A stretch of DNA of 64,000 nt from the NCBI GenBank assembly GCA_038231435.1, contig JBBRLJ010000001.1:160001-224000 (forward strand), given 5' to 3'. Origin of the DNA: Planctomycetota bacterium (GTDB lineage Bacteria; Planctomycetota; UBA11346). Positions within the stretch are counted from its first letter, which is position 1; each line of letters begins with the position of its first letter. Made by a program: the position numbers and the translations under genes. The notes under the pieces were generated by a model. The model did not search any database. It was not told where the DNA came from and was given only the letters and a program-made list of their open reading frames with translations. Below, in pieces: positions 18,282-26,180 of this stretch.

Positions 18282-19123
18282 GGCTCCGCCGCCACGACCG
18301 GAGCCTCGGCAATGGCCGGCGAGGCGCGATATGGAGCGAGCAGCGCATCGACGTCGACCGGTTCCGCCGATCCCGGACGCGCGTGCAGCCAGCGTTCCAC
18401 CTGGCGCAGGAGCGCTCCGGCCTCGCGATCGCAGCGCAGCGCGGCCAGGGCTTCCGCGGGCGGCAATGCGTCGAGCGCCAGCCGGCCGCGCCAATGGCCG
18501 ATCAGCAGACGTTCGAGGCGCGCCTGCTCGCGCGGTGGCATGGCGCCAGAGTGAGCGCGCGCGGCGAGTTCGGACAACTGCTCGGCGAGCGTGGGCTCCA
18601 CCAACGCGCGCGTCGGGGCCACCGGGGCCGCGCGCCGCCGGGCCAGCACCAGCAGCGGCAGGGCCGCCACCCAGGCGATGCCCGCGACCGCGAGCCAGCG
18701 GCGGTAGCCGCCGAGCGGCGGCTCGGCCGCCGCCGGCGCGTCGACCAGATCGTGGCTTTCGCCGGTGATCAGCGAACGCACGCGCACCGGCAGCGCGGGC
18801 AACGCTGGATGCGCGCCATCGGCGCCTATCAGGTAGTCGCGCAGGTCGTAAGTGCCCGGGACCGCGCCGAGGAAGCGCAGATCGTAGCGGGTCGCGCTCT
18901 CGGTGGCGGGCTCGGCGGCGGCGATGCGCACGATCAGCGGCGCGCGGTCGCTCACCGGGACGGCAGACAGGGGCGCGCCGGCGATGATCGCGGTGATGCG
19001 GCCCTCGATTCCCACGCTCGGAGCTGCCGCGCTATCAGCGGACGACGGAGCTGCGTCCGGCTGGGCGGCGTGGGCGCTCGACAGGCCGATGACGCATGCC
19101 GCGACGAGGGCGATGGCTCTCAT
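18278..19123 (-). CDS. Hypothetical exported/membrane protein of the MoxR-vWA operon
   Basis: Signal peptide MRAIALVAACVIGLSSAHA, a beta-rich domain, a TM helix and a helical C-terminus; ATGA-coupled at both ends. Confidence 0.75.
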   Translation of the reverse strand: MRAIALVAACVIGLSSAHAAQPDAAPSSADSAAAPSVGIEGRITAIIAGAPLSAVPVSDRAPLIVRIAAAEPATESATRYDLRFLGAVPGTYDLRDYLIGADGAHPALPALPVRVRSLITGESHDLVDAPAAAEPPLGGYRRWLAVAGIAWVAALPLLVLARRRAAPVAPTRALVEPTLAEQLSELAARAHSGAMPPREQARLERLLIGHWRGRLALDALPPAEALAALRCDREAGALLRQVERWLHARPGSAEPVDVDALLAPYRASPAIAEAPVVAAEP

Positions 19124-19986
19124 CGTGTCCCCCGTGTCCGATCGCGTTCGCGCAGGAAACCACGCACCCTGGCCATGAACGGCTGGTCGGTGGCGAGCTC
19201 GAGATGATCGATACCCGCACCGGCGAGCGCGCGCCCGGCGGCATCGCCGTCGTGCCAACGGCTGCGGCCGTGGGCGACGCGCGCCGAGCCGGTCTCGGCC
19301 TCGCGCGCGTCGATGATTCCGGCGCGCAACGCGCCGCGCTCGGCAGGATCGAGCAGACGCAACACCACCAGATCGTGGGCGAGCGCGATGCGCTTGAGCG
19401 CGGGCACGGCGCCTGGGTCGTGCAGGTCGCTGAGCACGATCACCAGAGTCCGGCACGGCAGCATCTCGCCCAGTTCGCGCAGCCGCTCGGCGAGGCGAGT
19501 GCCTTCGCCAGGCCCGATGTCCCCCGTGCGCAGCCGATGCAGCCACATGAATACCGTGGCCTGCGACATGCTGGGCGCGAAGCGCAGATCGCGCTCGCCG
19601 CCGCCCATCAGGCCTACGGGGCTGGCGCGGCCCAGGCCAGCGAGGGCGAGTCCGCCGGCGAGCTGCGTCATGAGCTCGTACTTGCTGAGCACGCCCGAGC
19701 CGACACGCATCGACGCCGAGGTGTCGGCGACCAGCTGAATGGGCATGCGCTTGAGCGTCTCGTATTCCTTGACGTGGAAACGGCGCGTGCGCGCGGTCAC
19801 CTTCCAATCGATGGCGCGCACGTCGTCGCCGTCGCAGAACGGCCGGCTCTGCGCGTAGTCGATGCCCGCGCCCAGGTACGAGGAGATGTCCGAACCGTGA
19901 TTGAGGCTGTCGGCGAGCCTCCTCACAGCGATCTCGAACGCCCGGGCGTCGAGCGGGCGACGCTCAGACGCGGCCGTGCTGGTCAT
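19120..19986 (-). CDS. DUF58 domain protein
   Basis: G.GIDY...R.F..GDDVRAIDWKVTAR, DTSASM and LSDL motifs. Confidence 0.9.
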   Translation of the reverse strand: MTSTAASERRPLDARAFEIAVRRLADSLNHGSDISSYLGAGIDYAQSRPFCDGDDVRAIDWKVTARTRRFHVKEYETLKRMPIQLVADTSASMRVGSGVLSKYELMTQLAGGLALAGLGRASPVGLMGGGERDLRFAPSMSQATVFMWLHRLRTGDIGPGEGTRLAERLRELGEMLPCRTLVIVLSDLHDPGAVPALKRIALAHDLVVLRLLDPAERGALRAGIIDAREAETGSARVAHGRSRWHDGDAAGRALAGAGIDHLELATDQPFMARVRGFLRERDRTRGTR

Positions 19987-21023
19987 CAGCCTGCCCGCTC
20001 GACCAGCTGCCGGAGCACCTGCTGTCCGGTGCGACCGTCGGCCAACGCCTCGTAGTTCAGCCGCAGGCGGTGCAGCAGGGTATCCTCGGCCAGCGCGAAC
20101 AGGTCATCCGGCACCACGTGGTCGCGGCCGTGGATGAAGGCGCGTGCGCGCGAGGCCTGCACCAGGCTGAGGCCGGCGCGCGGGCTGGCCCCGAGCTCGA
20201 TCGACGGATCCTCGCGCGTGCGCCGCACCAATTCGACGCAATGCGCGACGAAGGCCTCGCTGACGTAGACTTGCTGCACCGCGCCCATCGCCGCCACCAG
20301 ATCGTCCATGCCGCAGCTGGCCGCTCCGTCGAGCAGGTCGAAGGCGGTGCGCGGCACCGCACCGCCGTCCTGGCGCTTGAGACCGAGCGCCAGGCTGCGG
20401 CGCAGGATCTCGGCCTCCTCGTCCACCGTCGGATATGCGAGCCGGTGGCAGAGCATGAAGCGATCGAGCTGCGCTTCGGGAAGCTCGAAAGTCCCGGCGT
20501 GCTCGATCGGATTCTGGGTGGCGATCACCAGGAAGGGCGCCGGCAGGGCGTAGGTGGTATTGCCGATCGTGACCTTGCGCTCCTGCATCGCCTCGAGCAG
20601 CGCGCTTTGCACCTTGGGCGCGGCGCGGTTGATCTCGTCGGCGAGCAGCAGGTTGGTGAAGGCCGGACCCTTGCGTACGTGGAAACTCCCGGTCGCCTGG
20701 TCGAGGATCTCGGCACCGACGATGTCGGCTGGCAGCAGATCGATGGTGAACTGCACGCGGTGGAACGACAGGTCGATGGCGCGCGCCACGCAGTTGACCA
20801 GCAGGGTCTTGGCGAGACCCGGCATGCCCTGCAGCAGCAGGTGGCCGCCAGTGAACAGCGCGATGAGGATGCGTTCGACGACCACGTCCTGGCCGACCAC
20901 CACCTTCGCCACCTGGGCGCGGACGCTGGCGATCAGCCGCTGTCCGCGCTCGGCCTCGGCGCTCCTCGGCACGGATCCGACTGGGCCGGCGGCGGTGGCG
21001 TGAGCGGCTGCGGAAATGCTCAT
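19986..21023 (-). CDS. MoxR-family AAA+ ATPase
   Basis: GHLLLQGMPGLAKT, QFT.DLLPAD, LLADEINRA.PK.QSALLEAMQE, ATQNPIE..GT..LPEAQLDRF, GASPRA. Confidence 0.95.
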   Translation of the reverse strand: MSISAAAHATAAGPVGSVPRSAEAERGQRLIASVRAQVAKVVVGQDVVVERILIALFTGGHLLLQGMPGLAKTLLVNCVARAIDLSFHRVQFTIDLLPADIVGAEILDQATGSFHVRKGPAFTNLLLADEINRAAPKVQSALLEAMQERKVTIGNTTYALPAPFLVIATQNPIEHAGTFELPEAQLDRFMLCHRLAYPTVDEEAEILRRSLALGLKRQDGGAVPRTAFDLLDGAASCGMDDLVAAMGAVQQVYVSEAFVAHCVELVRRTREDPSIELGASPRAGLSLVQASRARAFIHGRDHVVPDDLFALAEDTLLHRLRLNYEALADGRTGQQVLRQLVERAG

Positions 21024-21290
21024 GTGGACTCCGATGACGGCTAACGCCACCTGGGGTGATTCGTTCAGGCCCCGACGACACCGGGCTACGGGTGTCTACC
21101 ATGCCCCGACGCGCCCATCCGCACCCAGCCGAGCCAGGCGGACGAGACGGGTGTATAACAGGCCATTGCGTCTCCCGTGTAACAGGAAACGCAATTCAGG
21201 ACATGTCCTCTGGTGCCGGTGCCTCGGATGCCGGTGAAAAAGATGCCGGTTCCCCGGAAGGCCGAAAGGCCAGCCCACGGGCGCCGGCGA

Positions 21291-21497
21291 TCAGTGCTTC
21301 GGCTCTCCGTCCTGCTGGCGCAGGCGTTCGGAACGCTGGGTCTTCAAGCGATCGGAGCGATGCGGATCGGAGGGAGAATTCGCCACCAGCCAGCCGCGAC
21401 GCCAGTTGATCCATTCATCGCTGTCCTGGGCGAAGGGATTGGCGTCCAATCCCGCCCCGTCCTGACGATCCTTCATTCCGTGGGCGAATGGTTCCAT
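21291..21497 (-). CDS. Small hypothetical protein with an Rmf/CrpP-like motif
   Basis: MEPFAHGMKDRQDGAGLDANPFAQDSDEWINWRRGW matches the F..G......G.....NP......W..GW pattern. Confidence 0.45.
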   Translation of the reverse strand: MEPFAHGMKDRQDGAGLDANPFAQDSDEWINWRRGWLVANSPSDPHRSDRLKTQRSERLRQQDGEPKH

Positions 21498-21607
21498 AGT
21501 GGTGAGTGTATCCCACGATCCTATGCCGCGCGCGGACGAATTCCCGCTAAGCATATAGAAGGGCAGGGCCTGGGTGGCACGCGGACAGGTATTACCTCTT
21601 CGCCCAC

Positions 21608-21865
21608 TCAGGCATCCGCTTCGAGTTCCACCTTCAGCACGTCGCTGGCCCCGTCCGCCGATCCACGCGGGATCAAGGTGCCATCGCCGAGCACCTGGAA
21701 CACCGCCGGGCGAAAATTCGCGACCCACACCGGGCCGAGCTCCGGGGACAGGCTATGCGGCTGGCCGCCCTTGCGCCAGCGCAGGCGCCGGCCGTCGACG
21801 GTGGTGATCATGACCCGCCAGCGCCGCGGCGCCGTGCCTGGTCCGCTCGTGAGGTCGCCGGTCAT
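21608..21865 (-). CDS. Hypothetical protein (85 aa), coupled to mprF
   Basis: ATGA overlap with the mprF stop; GC3-rich codons. Confidence 0.6.
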   Translation of the reverse strand: MTGDLTSGPGTAPRRWRVMITTVDGRRLRWRKGGQPHSLSPELGPVWVANFRPAVFQVLGDGTLIPRGSADGASDVLKVELEADA

Positions 21866-24450
21866 GCCGATGCCGCCTCGAGCGGCAGCGACTGCGCCCC
21901 CTGCCCGGGCGCCGCGAGCGCGACGATGTCGTGGATCACGCGCGGCAACTGCAGGTCACCGCGCGAGAACAGGTAACGCGGCTCCCACACCGGATGGAAG
22001 GTCTCCATGAACGAGCGCAGGGCGGCGAGGCTCGCGAAGTGCTCGCCATGGGCGAACACCCGCCGTCCCAGCCTGGCGCCGGTCATGGCGAGCGCGCCGG
22101 TCGCGGTCGGAGCCGAGACGCCACGCAGCGGCGCCATGCCCAGGCTGAACCAGGTGAAGCCCTCGGCGTGACCCCAGGCCATCACCGCATCGAACAGCGG
22201 AGCGAGCAGGCCCTGGGGCGCATCCGGGGCGATGCGCACCAGGTCGAGGCTGAGCTCGGTGCGCGCGCTCGCCGTCCATACGCTGGCGAAGGCGACGATG
22301 ACGCCGGCCTGCCGCACCACCGCGGTCGGGAAGCGCGCGAGCCACGACGGATCGAAATGGCCATGCGCGAAGCCGTCGTCGGCCTGGCGCGGATGTGCCG
22401 CGATCCAGGCGTCGGCGACGCGCTTGAGTTCGGGCAGGAGCGCGAGCGTGAGCTCGGGCGGAACCACCTCGAGCGCGCAGCCGATCTCCTCGAGCCGGCC
22501 TGGCTTCGCGACGCTGGCAAGGCTGCCGCCGATGCGGTGGAACGCCAGCGGCACGCGTGCCTCGTCGCCGATCGCCACCGGGGACAAGCCGAGATCGGCA
22601 TACAGCGAGCATTCACGGACCTGGTAGAACACTGGCCGGCCATCGTGATGGTCGCAGAGCTCGCGGAAGCGCCAAGCCAGCTCGAGCCGCTGTTCCGGCG
22701 GCCCCACCGGATCGCCGAGCGCGACGTAGCTGCGGCCTTCGACGCGGTACATCACGAAGGCCTCGCCGTCTTCGCTGAAGAGCAGCTGCTTGTCGCCGAG
22801 CAGCGCGAGGTTCGCGAGCGTGTCGGGCGAGGCGTGCGCGATGCGCGCCGCGCGCTCGAGCTCGGCGGCGCTCGGTGGCGGGATCGGCTGTTCGTCAGGC
22901 TTGAATGCGCGGGCGCAGGCGACCGCGGCGGTGGCGGCCAGCGCGGCGGCGAAAGCGCGCAGCGCGCGCGCCGCATCGTCACCGGGCGCGAAGGTCGTCC
23001 ACAGCTGGGCTGACCACTCGACATGCTTGTAGGCGAACGCGCCACACCCGGCAGCCGCGAGCAGCACCAGGGCGAAACAGGCGATCCAGCCGGGGATGAA
23101 TTCCACGCTGCCGAGTCCGATGCCACGGTGGAAATCGCGGCGGCACGGCAGCAGCGCGGTGAGCAGCAGCAGCAGCGCAGCCGCCTCCTCCCAGGCGAAC
23201 CCGCGCAAAAGCGAGAGCGCCGCGCCGGCGACCAGCAGCAGTGCGGAGAGGCGCCAAGCGGCGAGCAGCTTGCGCTGCAGCCCGCGCGCGGCGAACAGCA
23301 GCGCCATGCCGAGCGCGCCGCACAGCGCATGCGCCGACTCCGAGATCATCGGCGGCACCCATAGCGCCAGCTGCTGGGCGCGGGCGGGGTCGCTCGGCAG
23401 CACCGATCCCAAGACCAGGGTGGCGCCGGCAAGCACCGCGCAGGCGGCCATGATGTGCCGCACCGCCAGGCCGAAGCGCGAGCCGATGCCGGCGACGGCG
23501 CCGCGCACATTCTCGGCGCGCGTCGACAGCTCGAAGCAGCCGAGCATCAGCGCCGCCGCCATCAGCGGCACCAGGTAGTACACGCCACGGTAGACCGCCA
23601 GGGCGCCGAGCGTCGCGGGCGACGACGCCGCGGCCGGCACCAGCACCAGGAACACGCCCTCGAGGACGCCGAGGCCTCCGGGCACCTGGCTGATCTTGCC
23701 GGCGACCATCGCCAGCAGGTAGGCGCCGAGGAAGGCCGGGTAGCTCAGGCCGATATCCGCTGGCAGCAGGATGTAGAGCACCAGACCGCGCAGCGACATC
23801 TCGATGGCCCCCAGGGCGATCTGCGCGGCGCTCATCGCCGGAGTCGGCATGCGCAAGCTCCAACCCTTGATGGTCAGCGGCCGGCGCAGCGCGATGGAGG
23901 CGATGAGCCAGGCGCCGGGCACAATCAGGAACAATCCCCCGAGCACACGCGCCGACGCGAACGGCAGGTGCAGCGACGCCACCAGGGGCGGCGGCTCGAT
24001 CACGAACACCATTCCAGCCAGCGCCAGGAACCCGACCCAGAAACCGACGAAGCAGAAGGCGATGACCAGCGCGATCTCGACCGCCGACAATCCGCTGGCC
24101 GAATAGAGCCGGTAGCGCACCGAGCCGCCCACCAGCAGGGCATTGCCGAGCGTGTGTGTGAAGGCGTGGCCGATGAACGATCCCATCGCCACCCGTCGCC
24201 AGGGCAGCGGATGGCCGGCGTGACGGCACGCCAGCTGATCGTACAGGGTCAGGACGAGGTAGCCGGCGCCGGTGAGAGCCACTGCCGCGCCGATGGTCAG
24301 CCACGAGATCGCGCGGATGGATTCGCGCAGCGACGGAAAATCGGTGCCGCGCGCGACGTGATGCAGGACACCGATCGCGAACGCGAACAGCACCACCCCC
24401 AGCAGGGGCCCGAGCCGGCGCTTCCACGCGCTGGTCCACGCACGACTCAC
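21862..24450 (-). CDS. mprF: Bifunctional lysylphosphatidylglycerol flippase/synthetase
   Basis: Multi-TM flippase part (GGSVRYRLYS, SQVPGGLGV.E, YR.VYYL.PL) followed by a DUF2156 synthase part (LGDK, ALGDPVG, FYQV, FSLGMAPL, F.P.WEPRYL). Confidence 0.9.
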   Translation of the reverse strand: MSRAWTSAWKRRLGPLLGVVLFAFAIGVLHHVARGTDFPSLRESIRAISWLTIGAAVALTGAGYLVLTLYDQLACRHAGHPLPWRRVAMGSFIGHAFTHTLGNALLVGGSVRYRLYSASGLSAVEIALVIAFCFVGFWVGFLALAGMVFVIEPPPLVASLHLPFASARVLGGLFLIVPGAWLIASIALRRPLTIKGWSLRMPTPAMSAAQIALGAIEMSLRGLVLYILLPADIGLSYPAFLGAYLLAMVAGKISQVPGGLGVLEGVFLVLVPAAASSPATLGALAVYRGVYYLVPLMAAALMLGCFELSTRAENVRGAVAGIGSRFGLAVRHIMAACAVLAGATLVLGSVLPSDPARAQQLALWVPPMISESAHALCGALGMALLFAARGLQRKLLAAWRLSALLLVAGAALSLLRGFAWEEAAALLLLLTALLPCRRDFHRGIGLGSVEFIPGWIACFALVLLAAAGCGAFAYKHVEWSAQLWTTFAPGDDAARALRAFAAALAATAAVACARAFKPDEQPIPPPSAAELERAARIAHASPDTLANLALLGDKQLLFSEDGEAFVMYRVEGRSYVALGDPVGPPEQRLELAWRFRELCDHHDGRPVFYQVRECSLYADLGLSPVAIGDEARVPLAFHRIGGSLASVAKPGRLEEIGCALEVVPPELTLALLPELKRVADAWIAAHPRQADDGFAHGHFDPSWLARFPTAVVRQAGVIVAFASVWTASARTELSLDLVRIAPDAPQGLLAPLFDAVMAWGHAEGFTWFSLGMAPLRGVSAPTATGALAMTGARLGRRVFAHGEHFASLAALRSFMETFHPVWEPRYLFSRGDLQLPRVIHDIVALAAPGQGAQSLPLEAASA

Positions 24451-24664
24451 GGGCGACGGCTCATAGAGAACGACTCATGGCGGGGACCTGTCGGAAGTAT
24501 GCCCCTGGGAACCCTCGGCGCAGCAGCATTGTCGCGAAGTTGCCGCAGTCAGCCCCGATCGAATGCCGTGTGCATGTGGAAGCACCGAGGAAGCAGTTCC
24601 GATGCGTCCAGGAGCCTCTGTCGTAGCGCTCTACGCTGAGGGCATAGCCGCGACCACCTCCGCT

Positions 24665-24766
24665 ATGGCCCCCTTCCACACGGTCATCGCGGATTGGTTC
24701 CGCGCCTGCCTCGGCGAGCCGACGTCGATGCAGGCGCTAGCCTGGGAGCGCCGCGCCAATCGCTGA
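24665..24766 (+). pseudogene. Probable remnant of the N-terminus of an Lhr-type helicase
   Basis: MAPFHTVIADWFRACLGEPTSMQALAW resembles the Lhr N-terminal FH..V..WF...G.PT..Q..AW, then stops. Confidence 0.5.
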
Positions 24767-24857
24767 CCGACGATGCCGGAGCGTTGCGGACGCGAATTCA
24801 CCCGCGTGGTGCTGGGCCAGGCGACGCCGAGAGCTCGCCTTGTGCAGCTGACGTGGG

Positions 24858-25556
24858 CTAGCAGCGGAGAGCAGCCGAAGGGGTGCTGCCGGCCACCTCG
24901 GCGAGCCACGTGGCAATCTCCCTCGCATGGGTCAGCGCAAGCACATGCGGAGCGGAAGGGATGATGCGCTGCGCGCAGGTCCGACCCGCCGGCATCAGGC
25001 GATCCGACGAGCCGTGGATCTGCGCGATGGGCACGGCCAGATCGCCGGCCCCCTCCCAGCGGACGGACGCCCACGCGGCCCAACGCATGAAGCCGGCGCC
25101 GACCGAACGCACCATCTCCACGTGCAGCGCGCGCACCGCCGGATCGTGGATCCCGAGCGCGTAGCGGCAGAATACCGACACCGGCAGGCGCGCGGTCAGG
25201 AATCTCGAGGGCATCACCAGGCGCAGCGGTTCGAGCGAGCGGAACCACCACGCCACCTGCGCGGGATGGCGGCAGCTGCCGATCAGCGCCACCCCGCGCA
25301 CGCGGACGGTTTTCGCGATCTCGAGCGCCAGCATGCCGCCGAAGGACGATCCGCCGATAACCGCGTCGGGACCGAGCGCCAATGAACGCGCGCAACGCAG
25401 CGCGTACTCGCGTAGCGGCTCGCGAGGGCCGGGTTCGAGCCACGGCGGACGCTCGATGCCGGGGATGAACGCCGCGAGCTGGTCGTACATGCGCGCGTCC
25501 GAACCCATGCCCGGATACAAGACGATGCGAGGCGCGCCCGCGACGGTCAGGATCAC
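24858..25556 (-). CDS. Alpha/beta fold hydrolase
   Basis: PGMG.D, GSSFGG nucleophile elbow, IHG..D and a C-terminal H; GTGA coupling. Confidence 0.85.
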   Translation of the reverse strand: MILTVAGAPRIVLYPGMGSDARMYDQLAAFIPGIERPPWLEPGPREPLREYALRCARSLALGPDAVIGGSSFGGMLALEIAKTVRVRGVALIGSCRHPAQVAWWFRSLEPLRLVMPSRFLTARLPVSVFCRYALGIHDPAVRALHVEMVRSVGAGFMRWAAWASVRWEGAGDLAVPIAQIHGSSDRLMPAGRTCAQRIIPSAPHVLALTHAREIATWLAEVAGSTPSAALRC

Positions 25557-26092
25557 GCCCGCGCGGCCACCACCGCGTCGATCGCCTCGGCGGTCCCGCG
25601 GTGGCGGCCGTGGTGGCTGAGCTCCGGAATAGTGACGCTGAAGCCGTGGTCGCGCACATCGACAACCTTGCCGCGCTCGGGAGACAGCGGCCACGGTTCG
25701 GAGGGCTTGCCGCGCAGCGATACCTCGATCACCCACGGACGGCCGAAGCGCGAGGCCTCGTAACCAGAGATCTTGCGCACCTGCAACGGCTGGCCGGCCC
25801 ACTCGCCGCTCGCGCGCCAACCGCCGACATCCTCGCTGAAGGTGAAACCACGGCGTGCCAGCTCCTCGCGCACCTCGCGGTCGGACAGTTCGGCTCCCGA
25901 GCGGCGCGGAATCGCCAACAGCGCCAAGCCGACGACCAGCGCGGTCACCCCGATGGCGGTGAGCGGCAGCGCGGGCAGGGCGACATGGCTCGCAAGCTTG
26001 GCGATGGTGGGAAGCCAGGCCTGCGATTGCACGGCCAGATACGCGCCGGCGAGGATCAGCACCAGTCCGAGGAAGCGCATGTCGACGAGCAT
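25553..26092 (-). CDS. Hypothetical membrane protein
   Basis: Two N-terminal TM helices followed by a soluble domain; coupled to the downstream hydrolase. Confidence 0.65.
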   Translation of the reverse strand: MLVDMRFLGLVLILAGAYLAVQSQAWLPTIAKLASHVALPALPLTAIGVTALVVGLALLAIPRRSGAELSDREVREELARRGFTFSEDVGGWRASGEWAGQPLQVRKISGYEASRFGRPWVIEVSLRGKPSEPWPLSPERGKVVDVRDHGFSVTIPELSHHGRHRGTAEAIDAVVAARA

Positions 26093-26180
26093 GCTCCACG
26101 CGCGGCGCCCACCAAGGGCTACTTGGTCGGCTCCCCGCAGCTGCAAGGGACGGTCGCCCTGAGGCGCGGAGATGCCTGAT

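Noticed and set aside
21156..21186. TAACAGG direct repeat upstream of the moxR operon
   Set aside because: Only 7 bp twice; could be a binding site but is too weak without comparative data.
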